Shown piece after piece: positions 50,696-64,000 of a stretch of 64,000 nucleotides of DNA. Numbering within the stretch: position 1 is the stretch's first letter; each line of letters begins with the position of its first letter. Both the position numbers and the translations under genes were made by a program. The stretch comes from Octopus sinensis (lineage: Eukaryota). The notes beneath the pieces were generated by a model that was not told the DNA's origin, did no database searches, and saw only the letters and a list, made by a program, of their open reading frames with translations. The DNA is taken from positions 140,368,001 to 140,432,000 of the forward strand of contig NC_043000.1 in assembly GCF_006345805.1 (NCBI RefSeq), given 5' to 3'.

Positions 50696-52202
50696 CACGC
50701 ATTACACTCTACTTTGATCTGTCTCTTTCTCTCTCTCTCTCTACTTCTCCTCCACCTTTTCTCTTTTCTTGCCTCTGATTCTTTGGTCTACTCTTCCACC
50801 ACTCTCTCACATTTCTCTGTCTTTCTCACTTTGCACCTCACTGATTCTGTCGCCAAGCCAATCCTTGGCACGCTCTCTTTCTTCTCCCCTCTCTAATTCC
50901 TTCTTTCTCTCTCTTCCCCCTCCTTTGGTGCCTTCGTCCCTCTTTTTCTCTCTCTCTTTGATTCCTTTGCCCCCCTTTTTTCTCTCTCTTCTCCTCTCAC
51001 GTGACCGCTGGTCAACCAGCCTTTCGGCTTCTAACCAGCGCCACGAGAACATCGTTGTCTTCGTCTGCCGAAAAAGGCATTTTTTCCAAATACGCCAGCT
51101 AAACTAAGTTGTACTGTCTATTAGTCGTAAGACACCCGCTGTTTTTGTCCTGTTATTACTATTATTGTTTTTTGTATTTATATTCGTGTGGCATCGTCCG
51201 TTTTTCTGTCCTTGTTTCGTATACATTCGATCCTTTTTCCAAGAAATCTAATGCTCGTAGCTTAGTTTTTCCTTGGGGCTGGCCGGATCGGAGCCATCTC
51301 AAGATTAATCAGCCGAAATTGCGAGGATGATCCGGCTCTTGACTGAAGATTGAAGGCTTCGAATGTCCCGCCCGTGTTTTTTGTATCGTCTTCTAAATGT
51401 TTTACGTTCTTGCTCCAGTTTGTATTTTTCTACATATAATATATATATATATATCCGACGGGCTTCTTTCAGTTTCCATCTACCAAATCCACTCACAAGG
51501 CTTTGGTTGGCCCAAAGTTCCACGCAGTCGAACTGAACCCGGAACCATGTAGTTCGTAAGCAAGCTATATATACGACAGGTTTATTTTCAGTTTTTGTCT
51601 ACCAAATCTCACAAGGTTTCAGTCGACCTGTACTAATAGTAGAATTCATGTGCCTAAATGCCATGTGGTGACACTGAATTATGGCTGCGAAGTAAACTTC
51701 TTACCACACACTTACGCTTGCATTAATAAAGAAAACAACCAGGTATTCACCAGTTTCTAGATTTTAGGCCCTGCTATCCATCCCATACAAAGTATTATCT
51801 CGTTTAAAATGGCATGACATATGTACAAGACATAGATTTAACTTGACGAATAAGACCAGTTGAAGAGCCCTAAAAATTTGTTCCGAGCAAAAATGTTGAA
51901 AGACAAGGTAAATAGCACCATACCAAAACAAAACAATCACGATTCATGATTTAAGAAGAAATTTATAGTGAAAAGAAGGTCATGCAAAATTACATCTTCA
52001 AAACCTCTATCACTCCAAAAACATGAGCAATATTAAAGAATGAAATTATTAGCATTAAAAAGACTTCTAACAAAAGCCGCAATTAGACCAGAACAAATAA
52101 GGCGTATACAGTATGTGTGATTTTATGGAATATAGTTGAATTAGGAAATTCAAGAAAAATCAAAATATTTTAGAAGTCAGTGTAAATAAGTCTTGCAGAG
52201 CA

Positions 52203-52240
<38 letters not shown>

Positions 52241-52470
52241 GGGACCTTTTGAGTGGGATCGGCTACTCGACCTGAAGAAAATGCTAACTGGGGTCCCACC
52301 TGCAAGGTCATGCGCTGTTTATCTTGACATGAGATCACCATGTCGCGCACATATGGTTGTGATGCATGTGCCTGGTGTACCCTTCTCAGACGGGTAGTCA
52401 TGATGGTTATACTGGGCTTCGTATATTTTACCCCAGTGTCACTTTGATGGCATGCACTGCTCTCTCACTC
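52241..52470. mobile_element. Family D partial, opposite orientation
   Basis: Reverse complement of the first ~230 bp, with (AAT)n on both sides. Confidence 0.8.
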
Positions 52471-53777
52471 AATAATAATAATAACAATAATAACAACAAT
52501 AACAATAATAAAGGAAGAATAAAATACTGCACCAAAATTCTGTATTTCAAAAGGGACAAAATTAATATCATTAGAACTAGTTAAAGCATGATCCCTAATA
52601 GTCACCTTATGTCCGATGTCACCTTATGTCCCTAATAGTCACCTTATGGCAGCCAAAAGCATAGTCAAGTTCGTCAATTAAAAATGCTACAAAGATTTTG
52701 AAATTTTTGCAAATGGAGAGTTTAAATTTCCACTCTTTTCTAAACAAAGATGAACACTTGTGAGCAGCAGAATAACACTTTACAAAGATTTCCTCTCCGA
52801 AACATAACCGGAAACAAATAGTCATAAACGCTACCAAATAGTTACTCTAACTTGATGTCATTGATAACAGTCGCTATCACACCAAAATAAGACTGACTGA
52901 AGAGCCAACATGATGGATAAAAGCGCTGACTATTTTTATTATATTAGTTATCAACTACTGTGTTATTCTGCATTAGTAACACTTTTTTTACAAACGTTGC
53001 GATTGTATCATAAATTCTATTTCGTTTGATATTAAATATATATATAAGTGCACACATACACATACACTCACAGACACGCGCACGCACGCACATATTTATA
53101 TACTCACGTGTGCATATGAGAGTGTGTTAATGATTGTATCAAACAAAAATATTCTTCATACAGTCAAAATATTTGAAAAGAATATTTTAAATAATGATTG
53201 CAGATTGACTCTGTACAGATGAATAACATGATAAGAGCTGTCAGCGCTTTCGACCGTAATTTCAACACGTTAGCCAGTAATACCTTTAGAACGAAAAATA
53301 TAACAATTTTTTAGAATAGCAAAATTTATTCTAATCATCAACTGTGAACCTGTTTGCTGTAACAATGTTCAATGAGTTTCTTTATAACGAAAACCCTTTC
53401 AACAAATGTTTCAGGATAACGAAATAAAACTAAACACCGAGCATTCAAAAGTTTTCAACTACAACCTAGTCCTATAAAACAAGACATACCGACGATGTAG
53501 ATTATCGATTGACAAGTGGATAGTTCAATGGTCAGATTTTGTATTAAGACACGGCTCTGTCATACGAGAGCATAACATATAAGTTGTTTGTACCTTTGTT
53601 GCAATTTGTGTATCTTTGTGGTTTTCGTCACATTTTCCAATTTTGTTCCAATTTTTTTTCAAATTTAGTATATGGATTAAGTTTTGTATACTAATTATGA
53701 AAATAAAATTAATTTTCCCTATAAATCAATAATTAAAAAGTTATTAGCCGTTAAAATTTGCAAAATTTGAGTATTTT

Positions 53778-54218
53778 AGCCAATCAGAAGCGAGTATTTT
53801 ACACATCACCGTGGCGAAAAGCGCTGTTTTCCATAGTAACTAAAGATGCTGCGCATGCGCACAAGGTGGAGAAGGAGATATGAGAACGATGATCTTCTAG
53901 CTATATTGTTTTTCTCCGTCACAACATATGAAAGAGAATGGTGAATAAAGAAGGAAACTGTTAGTGGGAGCGTTTCTGCTCTGTGTGAGTATATGTGTGT
54001 GTATGTAAATGGGAGGTACGAGAATGTGTGTGTATGTAAAAGGGAGGTACGAGAATGTGTGTGTGTGTGTGTGCAATGATAGTGGGATGGTGAACATTCA
54101 ATGCTGAAAAGAAAAATCAAACAGTTTCATGTCTGAGTATAGGTGTGTATGTGTGCGCAATGCCTCCCACTTCCCTGATGATGGAAGAGGGAGCGAACAC
54201 GCTGTTTTCTGATTGGCT
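53778..54218. promoter_or_regulatory. Promoter-like motif cluster (CCAAT boxes, NRF1 palindrome, X-box-like site)
   Basis: AGCCAATCAG 53778-87; GTTTTCCATAGTAAC 53826-40; TGCGCATGCGCA 53850-61; CTGATTGGCT 54209-18. CpG content is locally raised. Confidence 0.4.
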
Positions 54219-54735
54219 GAAAATTATCAAATTTTTGAACACTTGTAGCATTTTTGCGTCAAAAGTTACATCTACATGATACATTAAAAAAAATTTTTTA
54301 TAGATAATTTCCATTATTATTATTATTATTATAATTATCATTATTCCTAATTACTTTTAATCTGTATGTTTGTTACAATCACTTGCCGAGACACACCAAG
54401 TGTCCTGGGGTGAGTGAAGGATAAAAGATGTTACACTATAACTGAAAGCTTAGGGAGGGGAAGTAGCGAAATATCTTCATGTAATATACAACACAGACAT
54501 TTAAATGGACAGGATTTTTTAAGGATGTTGGCAGTACTTGTCAGTACAATCTTTTGGATTTCTCTGAGACATAGTTCTTCTGGGATCTTATCTAGATGTT
54601 TCTGACATCACTTTTTTTATCATACTTATGGCACCTACAGTAACAGAAACAGTTCTTGTTTTAAGATATCACATCTTTTGGATTTCAATTTCCAGGTCGT
54701 TATATTTACTTAGTTTGTCAAATTCTTTGATGCTA

Positions 54736-54809
<74 letters not shown>

Positions 54810-54825
54810 CATTATTATTATTATT

Positions 54826-55364
54826 GAGTGAGAGAGCAGTGCATGCCATCAAAGTGATACTGGGGTAAAAGATATGAAGCCCAGTATACCCATCATGACT
54901 ACCTGTCTGATAAGGTACACCAGGCACGTGCATCACAACCATATGTGCGATATAGTGATCTCATATCAAGCTCATGACCTTGCAGGTGGGGCCCAGTTAG
55001 AATTTTCTTCTGGTCGAGTAGCCCATCCCGCTCTAAAGGTCCCTGAATAAGGGTTGTTTAAGGATGCTGAACGCACCACCCATGTTTCCAAAGGTGAATT
55101 ATCCAAACCTCCAAGAATTCCTTTCAACACACGGCTATGATGCTCCCCAACTACTTCTGCTCGAGATGCAAATATCGTCAGCCACTAAAGGACGTGGTCA
55201 CCTGGTTAAGGTCAAGCAAATGACAAGCAAATCTGTGGTATGGAGCAGAATATTTGCTGTGGCCCATCTTTTTATACCAAGACAAAACAATGTACATGAT
55301 AACACTTCCAATCAGTTAAAATCAGAAGCTATGAGAGCCACTGTCTGGTACTGCATCAAGGCAT
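54826..55364. mobile_element. Family D copy
   Basis: Full length, with (ATT)n flanks. Confidence 0.8.
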
Positions 55365-55382
55365 TTATCATCATCATCATCA

Positions 55383-55425
<43 letters not shown>

Positions 55426-55700
55426 GTTTTTTCCTTCTTTCTTCAAATTTTCTTCCGTTTCTCGCCGAGTGGTTTCCATACAACTAGGGCAGAGAAGGGC
55501 ATTGTATGCATTCCCAGATTACACGCGCAAATTCACAGATAAAATATGTAATTAAAAATTAACAAATAAATAAATTCATGGATGGATGTTATTTTCACAG
55601 CGATAGTGCTCTTCTCAATACATGAGCCGTTCCAATTAATACGATTTTTTGCACTTCCTGTAGGGATGGTAAGCCTGGAATTATTATTATTATTATTATT

Positions 55701-56248
55701 GAGTGAGAGAGCAGTTCATGCCATCAAAGTGACACTGGGGTAAAATATACGAAGCCCAATATACCCATCATGACTACCTGTCTGATAAGGGTACACCAGG
55801 CACATGCATCACAACCATATGTGCGCGACATGGTGATCTCATATCAAGATAAACAGCACATGACCTTGCAGGTGGGGCCCAGTTAGAATTTCCTTCAGGT
55901 TGAGTAGCCCATCCCGCTCAAACGGTCCCTGAATAAGGGTTGTTTAAGGATGTTGAAAAAACCACCCATGTTTCCAGAGGTTAAATTTTTAAACCCCAAA
56001 GAATCCCTCTCAACACATGGCTATGATGCTCCCCCACTACTTCTGCTCGTGATCAGAGATGCACATACCGTCAGCCACTAAGGGACATGCTCAACTGGTT
56101 AAGGTCAAGCAACTGACAAGCAAATCTGTGGTATTGAGCAGAATATTTGCTGTAGCCCATCTTTTATACCAAGACAAAACAATGTACATGATAACACTTC
56201 CAATCAGTTAAGATCAGAAGCCATGAGAGCCACTGCCTGGTACTGCAT
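55701..56248. mobile_element. Family D copy
   Basis: Full length, with (ATT)n flanks. Confidence 0.8.
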
Positions 56249-57749
56249 ATCATTATTATTACCATTATTACTATTATTATTTCGAGTTGGTAGGATCATC
56301 CGTGTTTTGAAAAAAGTGTTCCCATATATATTCCAGCTCTTTAAGTTCAGATTTTAAATACCGCTGAGGTAATTTTACTTTTCATCAACCTCGCCCCAGC
56401 TCCAGGTCATTAAATTTTTAAGTACTGGTCAAGTACTAAGGACGGTGGAATTTACTAAGACCCTCTCCTCAAAATTACTGGCTTTGTGCCACATTTGGAA
56501 AGAATTAATATTCTTATTGCCCTTTTTACGTAATAATATATTTCAATACATCACTGTATACTTTGAAAGTATCGTATAAAACAATTTTACGTTTATTCTT
56601 ATCTAATCATTCTAGTGTTGGTACTCTAAATGAACAGAAATATGATTAACGAATTTTAAATATAAAAAATGAGAAAGCGTCTGATGCAAAAATATTTACT
56701 GGAAACCTATTTTAAAATGCGTAAACACAAATATCGAACGTATTTCGCTTTCTCATTTTTTATCAAAAAATACAAAAAAAGCAATTAGACAAACTTAATT
56801 CAAATACTATAAGATTACACAAAGAAATAAAGCACCCCTATAGCCACCTCAACAACAAATATAAGCAGATAGGAGGAACAAATATTAATAACAATATGAA
56901 GAACTATAATATATATATCAGTCAGTTTGGTAAATGAAGAAGAGGTTTTCAATTATTTTAAATATAAAAGCCCCTTAAGGCTGTGCAGTTCTGTAGAGCT
57001 GAACCATATTAATTTAACGCTAGACTACGCAACACTGCAGATTCACTCAAACTGTCTAAGAAATAAATGATAAGACAATTTCATGCTTCCTCTTCTATGA
57101 GGAGAATCAGCAGGAAACTAAATTTAAAAACACCCACCACAGACATAAACTGATACACCCTACATACATACAGTGAGAGAGAGAGAGAGAGACAAAGAGA
57201 GAAGTATCTGAATCGATATTGTAAATATATTTATAGGTATTTCTCAAGCTATCATTGTGCGTATGTGAATTCATGAAACAGAACGACTGTTAGTTACATC
57301 AGAGTTTCGCTGAGGGCAGCTTCTCAAATAGTGAGGATTGTAAGAAATCTTGGAGATTATGTGAAGGAATAGTGAGTGTATGTGAAAGGAAGTATGAGAA
57401 GAGGATGGGTTTCGTAAGGTTCAGAGATATTTCGAACGTTGGGAAATTTGAAACTAGAGGTTGACGTCAGTAATGGGTGATATCATAAATCATTATTATA
57501 AAGAATTTAATTTATGTCGTGAATTCTAAATATATTGCCTGTTTATTGCATTCACCGGCATGGTTGCATAGTTAAGATGCACATCTTTTGGGCAAGTATC
57601 TTCTACTGTAGCTCTGGGCCAATACCTTCTGAGGGAATTTAGTTGACAGAAACTGTGTGGAGGCCCGTCACATGCATTTATGTATGTATGTATGTATGTA
57701 TCCATACATCTATCTGTCTGTCTATCTATCTATCTATCTATCTATCTAT

Positions 57750-58156
57750 TCTCTTTTTCTCTTTTACTTGTTTCAGTCATTTGACTGCGGCCATGCTGGA
57801 GCACCGCCTTTAATCGAGCAACTCGACGCCGGGACTTATTCTTTTGTAAGCCCAGTACTTATTCTATCGGCCTCTTTTGCCGAACCGCTAAGTAACGGGG
57901 ACATAAACACACCAGCATCGGTTGTCAAGCAATACTAGGGGGACAAACACAGACGCACAAACACACACACGCATATATATATATATATATATACGACGGG
58001 CTTCTTTCAGTTTCCGTCTACCAAATCCACTCACAAGGCTTTGGTCGGCCCCAGGCTATAGTAGAAGACACTTGCCCAAGGTGCCACGTAGTGGGACTGA
58101 ACCCTGAACCATGTGGTTGGTAAACAAGCTACTTACCACACAGCCACTCCTGCGCC
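57750..58156 (-). mobile_element. SINE family A
   Basis: Reverse-complement copy. Confidence 0.85.
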
Positions 58157-58432
58157 TATCTATGAATGTTTATGTGTGTGTGCATGCATGTGCTTGATGC
58201 TACCATCGCTTGACAACCGATGTTTGCGTACATAACCTGTTTGGAAAGAGACCGATAGAATAAGTACCAGATTTTAATTGCTGGGTTCAATTTGTTTGAC
58301 TGAATATTGAAGGTGATGCTCCAGCATGGTCGCAGTCCAGTGACTGAAATAGCTTAAGAAAAGAATATATATACACACACACACACTTAGAGGTCTTTTC
58401 CTCCTATTTATATATTTGAATATATATACAAA

Positions 58433-58879
58433 CTAGCTGAAGGTAACCCGCTCTACGCGCGGGTAAGACTGTGGTGTATATATATAACTGTATACAAATT
58501 ATATATATATATATATACAGATATATACACTTTGTATATATACATTATATATACATATTTATATATAGATACACACACACACTGAGGAAATAGAGTGAGT
58601 GAAAAAGTGATGGGAAGGGAGGAAATAGCGTGAGTGAGTGAGGAAGACAGATACATAAAAGAACGTGAGTGTACTTGTCAAAGTGGGTTTTTGGCCCTAG
58701 TAACGACACCTTTTAAGATAGGGATTTCTAACGTAGCCCACTGGTATCGTCACCTCATTTTACATGTCCCTGTAAATTTTGGAGTCAATCCGACGGGATG
58801 TAGTGGCGTTGAAAGCGTGCCAAGCGGTCGAATCAAACAAACAAACAAACAAACTTTTTTTCAGTTTTATAAATAGAGA
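58433..58879 (-). mobile_element. Non-autonomous Helitron (~450 bp)
   Basis: Minus strand: A|TCtctatttataaaactg start; acccgc/gcgggt hairpin (58446-58464); CTAG|T end at 58433. Confidence 0.8.
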
Positions 58880-58947
58880 TAACAGCCTACTAACAACTCT
58901 ACCTGTGTATTTATAAACTATGGGTATTGGGGTAGAACTACTTTTTA

Positions 58948-59331
58948 CATATTCTGTTGTGTCTGGGGAGAGTCATTTTCTTTTTATGCCTTATGATACC
59001 GGTAAAATTGCCCCATTTTTCTTATTTTTATTTTCCTAAAATTTTCGTTGCGTCTTACAACCTTTTCAATAGTTTTGAAATTTTAGGAAAATAAAAATAA
59101 AAAAAAAAGTGGAAATTTTACCGGTTAGTTAGTTAGTTAATTCTTTGGCTCAAAAGGCAAAAAGCAAGGCCATGTAGGGGGACATGAAGTTATGTACAGG
59201 GTGGTGTTCATGTAAAGAGTTCAGGCCACAAAGCATAAAAAGAAAATGACTCTCTCCAGACACAACAGAATATGCTTTAACACACGAACTCATATAAAGA
59301 ATCTTGCAAACCAAATCCAAAAACGAAATAC
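58948..59331. mobile_element. Fold-back MITE-like element, copy 2, interrupted by a short insertion
   Basis: Same arms as 6833-7157. A ~105-bp insert at ~59126-59231 has a (TAAC)n tail on the minus strand and looks like a LINE 3' end. Confidence 0.75.
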
Positions 59332-59640
59332 TTTTAACATATATTTCTATTTAGTACTGGATATGTTTCATTTATGAGCACGTACTCCTGTTTTTGTCTG
59401 AGTGTTGGGTCCTTCAGGTGCTTGGATAAAATTTGGATATCAAGTTGACCCAGTGAGCCTCCATGGTGATCTTTATATTGGTCTTTAGTATTACATCGAT
59501 CCCAATGCTCAACTGCTACTTATTTGATCAACTCCTGAGGGGGAAGAAATGCAAAGTCGACTTCAGCGGGTTTGAACTCAGAACATAAAGAGAGGCGAAA
59601 TGACACTAAGCCTTTTTCCTGGCATCTCTTCTCTTTTTAA

Positions 59641-60043
59641 CTCTTTTACTTGTTTCAGTCATTTGACTGCGGCCATGCTGGAGCACCGCCTTTTAGTCGA
59701 GCAACTCGAACCCGGGACTTATTCTTTGTAAGCCCAGTACTTATTCTATCGGTCTCTTTTGCCGAACCGCTAAGTGACGGGGACGTCAACACACCAGCGT
59801 CGGTTGTCATGCAATGCTAGGGGGGCAAACACAGACACACAAACATATACGCACACACACATATATATATACATATATACGACGGGCTTCTTTCAGTTTC
59901 CGTCTACCAAATACACTCACAAGGCTTTGGTCGGCCCGAGGCTATAGTTGAAGACACTTGCCCAAGGTGTCACGCAGTAGGACTGAACCCGGAACCATGT
60001 GGTTGGTTAGCAAGCTACTTACCACACAGCCACTCCTGCGTCT
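59641..60043 (-). mobile_element. SINE family A
   Basis: Reverse-complement copy. Confidence 0.85.
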
Positions 60044-60707
60044 ATATTGATAATTTTTGTAAATTATATGTATAATTTATTGAATTATACTAAAGATGTT
60101 ATATGTATATAAATAAATTTAATGAAATAGTATGTACACATTTAAATTAATAAATAATGAAGATAAACTCCTTCGTAAGAAAGAATGGAAATCAAACAGT
60201 TTTGTTGAATAGTTAAAAACATCAGTAAGTAACGAATATTATATACAACATTGGGTCAAAATAAATGAAACGAGTAATACAATTTTAGATATGTAGGTAA
60301 AAAACATTAAGTAAACGTCTGCATATGTAAAAACATGTAAATGCTTAAGTTAGAATGCTTAGCAAAGATGTGCATTGGTTTTTAATGATGACTAATAGGA
60401 AAATAATGATCAAATACCATATGTATATATAATGGAATCCATATTAAATATAAATAATTTTATTTGATGCGTCGTAATTATATATTCAAATAATAAAATT
60501 GACAGAAACTAAAAGAATTATTCCACTGGGATAACAAGTAATTTAGCTGCTGAGTCGAGAACTGGAGAGAGAAAAGCAGACTATAGAACAACAGAACAAG
60601 GCCTTCTTCATGCAGCAAAGAGAAGGCTGCTCAAAGCATCACAGAACAAAATTATACAAAGCAATACTCCTACATAGCTTACGTTACAATAATAGTCACC
60701 GCATATA

Positions 60708-61123
60708 CTCTTTTACTCTTTTACTTGTTTCAGTCATTTGACTTCGGCCATGCTGGAGCACCGCCTTTAGTCGAGCAAATCGACCCCAGGACTTATTTTT
60801 TGTAAGTTCAGTACTTATTCTTTCAGTCTCCTTTGCCGAACCGCTAAGTTACGGGGACGTAACCATACCAACATCGGTTGTCAAGCGATGTTGGGGGGAC
60901 AAACACAGACACACAAACATATACACACACACATACATAAATATATATATACATATATACGACGGGCTTCTTTCAGTTTCCGTCTACTAAATCCACTCAC
61001 AAGGCTTTGGTCGGCCCAAGGCTTTAGAAGAAGACACTTGCCCAAGATGCCATGCAGTGGGACTGAACCTGGAACCATATGGTTGGTATGTAAGCTACTT
61101 ACCAAGCAGCCACTCCTACGTCT
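60708..61123 (-). mobile_element. SINE family A
   Basis: Reverse-complement copy. Confidence 0.85.
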
Positions 61124-62070
61124 ATGTGCACAAATATTTCATATCTCTGTGTAGATACACTTTATGTATGTATCCATAGGTACACTTTATGTTGTAACCG
61201 TATATACATATGTACACATTTTTATATATATGTATTCTTATATTTTATTTTATTTCAAATGTCCCCCTTTATATAATGAGTAGATTTTGACATTTCCTAT
61301 CATATAACTCTCTAATAATATTCTCATCTAACATTAAAGAAGATTTTATTCAACTTGATATAAAGAGTATATTAATGACCTTCCAGTTAGTTTGGTAAAG
61401 GCAACACATGAAACTCTTGCCCTCGAGTCACTTAGGAAATTTCACAGCAAATTAAACGCACGCATTTGAATATCAGAATCTATTGGAAATTTTAAACATT
61501 TCTCCATATTTTTGTTCATGCAATGGAGTTCCATTTACCCTTTACTTCAACGTTTAAACTGTTATTTCCAAATTCTATTTTACATCGTATTTCATGACTT
61601 ATTCATATTTTATAATTTTGTTTGTATTACACACACACACACACACACATTGTTTCTTTTATTTCACTTATTTTACATTACAAGTATTAAATATTTTACA
61701 TTACAAGTATTAAATATAATTTCATAATGATTACAGCTCTTAATATAATTTATCTTCTTTGCGTCTAAATTTTTTGATATATACGGATATAATACGTAAT
61801 GAAAGCTCTAATAACACTTGAGAAAAATTGAGTTTTCTACCTCTTTGGTTTTTGTGTTCGTTACCAAAGCTTCCATTATCTTACAGATGATGAAGTACAC
61901 ATAGATAATCAATTTGCATATACAATACCAGTGAAACAGTGCATTAATGGAAGTATAACTATACATTCATAAACATACACACACACTTCAGCTCACTTAT
62001 ATGTATACAGACAAAAACATATACTTGTTCACATTTACAAGTGTAATACATGTATACATACATATAAACA

Positions 62071-62110
<40 letters not shown>

Positions 62111-62112
<2 letters not shown>

Positions 62113-62525
62113 CTCAGGAGTGGCTGTGTGGATAGGCGCAGGAGTGGCTGTGTGGTAAGTAGCTTGTCTACCAACCACACGGTTCCGGGTTCAGTCCCAC
62201 TGCATGGCACCTTGGGCAAGTGTCTTCTACTATAGCCTCGGGCCGACCAATGCCTTGTGAGTGGATTTGGTAGACGGAAACTGAAAGAAGCCCGTCGTAT
62301 ATATGTATATGTATATATATATGTGTGTGTGTGTTTGTGTGTCTGTGTTTGTCCCCCTAGCATTGCTTGACAACCGATGCTGGTGTGTTTATGTCCTCGT
62401 TACTTAGCGGTTCGGCAAAAGAGACCGATACAAAGAATAAGTCCCGGGGTCGAGTTGCTCGATTAAAGGCGGCGCTCCAGCATGGCCGCAGTCAAATGAC
62501 TGAAACAAGTAAAAGAGTAAAAGAG
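62111..62525 (+). mobile_element. SINE family A with duplicated 5' end
   Basis: ggctcaggagtggctgtgtggata-ggcgcaggagtggctgtgtgg followed by a full body. Confidence 0.85.
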
Positions 62526-63362
62526 TATATAATTTTATACAAGAATGTTGTTGACTGACTTTGAAGTTTTGGGTAACTAAGCCATTGACGATGGCTTAGC
62601 TTCACAACCATGAGTTCTTGGATTCGATCCCACTGCATGAAAAGTTGAACATATTTTTAATGACAGCCTTCAGTTGATCCAAATATAGCGAGTGACAAAG
62701 TAGAAACAGAAAGTGTAGAAAACTTCGTTTTTGTATCTGCTTTATTGACTATACCTGCATTCAAAGATTAGCTTCGTTACACTTTCACACTGATTCTACT
62801 TGAGAATTATGTTAAGGATTATCTTTCAGAGCAATGTAATACTTAACCACTTTGTCCCGCTATTTCCTGAGTAGGTCTCTAACGAACAACTAGACACTCA
62901 TATACATACATACATACATACATACATACATACATACATACATACATACATACATACACACATACATACATACATACATACATACATACATTCATACAGA
63001 CATACATATATACATATAACAAAGTAAAGTTGTAAGATACCGCACGAGTGGAAATATATATGAAAGAAGGTTTGAAAAGGCAATTTTAAAGATGTTTATT
63101 CACTCGACTTGTTTCACCTTTTTTTAGAAAAAGATTGTCAAAAGTAAAATGTAAAACTCTGCATACGCTTTGTTGTGTTAAGTACTGGTTGTCATAAAAC
63201 TATTAAAATCCATATATACATTCTTTGATAATAATAAGAAAATGTTTAAAACAGTTTACAAGAAAGTATTTAAGAAAGTACTCAACAAAAAGTATTAGGA
63301 GTTCAATGAAAATAATGTTTGTTTTCATTGAAAACATTAAATTGCGTTTTCAAACCTTCTTT

Positions 63363-63423
<61 letters not shown>

Positions 63424-63629
63424 TATATATATTCCTGAACCGGGCGGTGCATTGTGTTCTTGAGCAAAACACTTCATTTCACGTTGCCCCAGTTCACTCA
63501 GCTGGCAAAACGAATAATCTTGGGATGGGCTAACATCCCATCCAGTGAAGAATATATATGCCATGGAAATCGGGAAACCGACCTTTATGAGTCCATAGGG
63601 ATCAAGAAGGATGCTCTATCCTTCACCCT

Positions 63630-63668
<39 letters not shown>

Positions 63669-64000
63669 GTGTGTGTGTACATGCATGCTTATGTATGAGC
63701 GCATGCGCACTTGGGCAGCTATGTATCTTCAGTCATATATAAAACTATCCTGGTTTTTAAAATTATTATAATCTTTATTACAGTAAACTACTATAGAGGC
63801 TTGTGTCTGTGTATTTAAGTATGTATACATCTATGTATGTGTGTATGTATATTATACTTGTGCATAGGTTTGTATTGTCTGTGTATGTGTATGTGTATTC
63901 ATAAGGAGATATGTGTATCTACACACAGACATATATATGCGGATACAGATTTATTCATAGACTCTTATACACATCATATTGATGCGTTTTAGAAATATGT

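Noticed and set aside
52890-52935. Hammerhead-like ctgaagagcca...tggataaaagcgctgac (and cgaaagcgctgac on the minus strand at ~53240)
   Set aside because: GAAA is broken or the CUGANGA core is missing, the position-17 base would be G, and there is no stem I.
60546-60700. Coiled-coil-like frame LLSRELEREKQTIEQQNKAFFMQQREG
   Set aside because: Short, no canonical donor, no identifiable homology. Insufficient to call an exon.
740-63771. Most ORF-track entries ([10 protein letters not shown]..., MSSNARGTNTD..., poly-YI/CV/HT/II ORFs)
   Set aside because: They are translations of SINE bodies and (TA)n, (CA)n or (ATT)n microsatellites, recurring wherever the repeat recurs.

Overview
AT-rich, microsatellite-dense eukaryotic DNA. 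The SINE landscape points to an octopus (coleoid cephalopod) genome, which is an inference from repeat families. I could not confidently identify any host protein-coding gene, and nearly all ORF-track entries are SINE or microsatellite artefacts. The main feature is a ~9.8-kb Penelope-like retroelement (PLE) at ~15160-24965, inserted in (TA)n. On the minus strand it has a 5'-truncated RT (YRDD) and a C-terminal GIY-YIG endonuclease with CxCx5C and CxLC motifs, consistent with the Hydra clade. These are followed by a very long (~4.6 kb) 3' pseudo-LTR/UTR containing a ~1-kb higher-order tandem array. A ~3.6-kb inverted copy of that pseudo-LTR sits at the 5' end. Each arm carries a minimal type I hammerhead ribozyme whose stem III is self-complementary (dimer-type). 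A second, unrelated hammerhead lies in a solo pLTR-like repeat at ~40.04 kb. Other contents: a DD37E/TRT Tc1-like transposon with ~200-bp IR/DR TIRs and a nested SINE; three Helitrons, one carrying a PIF1 helicase C-terminus; an RTE LINE relic; a 286-bp near-perfect palindrome; fold-back MITEs; more than 20 tRNA-derived SINE copies from several modular families; a decayed, unidentified ~1-kb ORF between two Helitrons; and a promoter-like motif cluster at 53.8-55.5 kb. Repeat boundaries were read by eye and may be off by a few to tens of bases.
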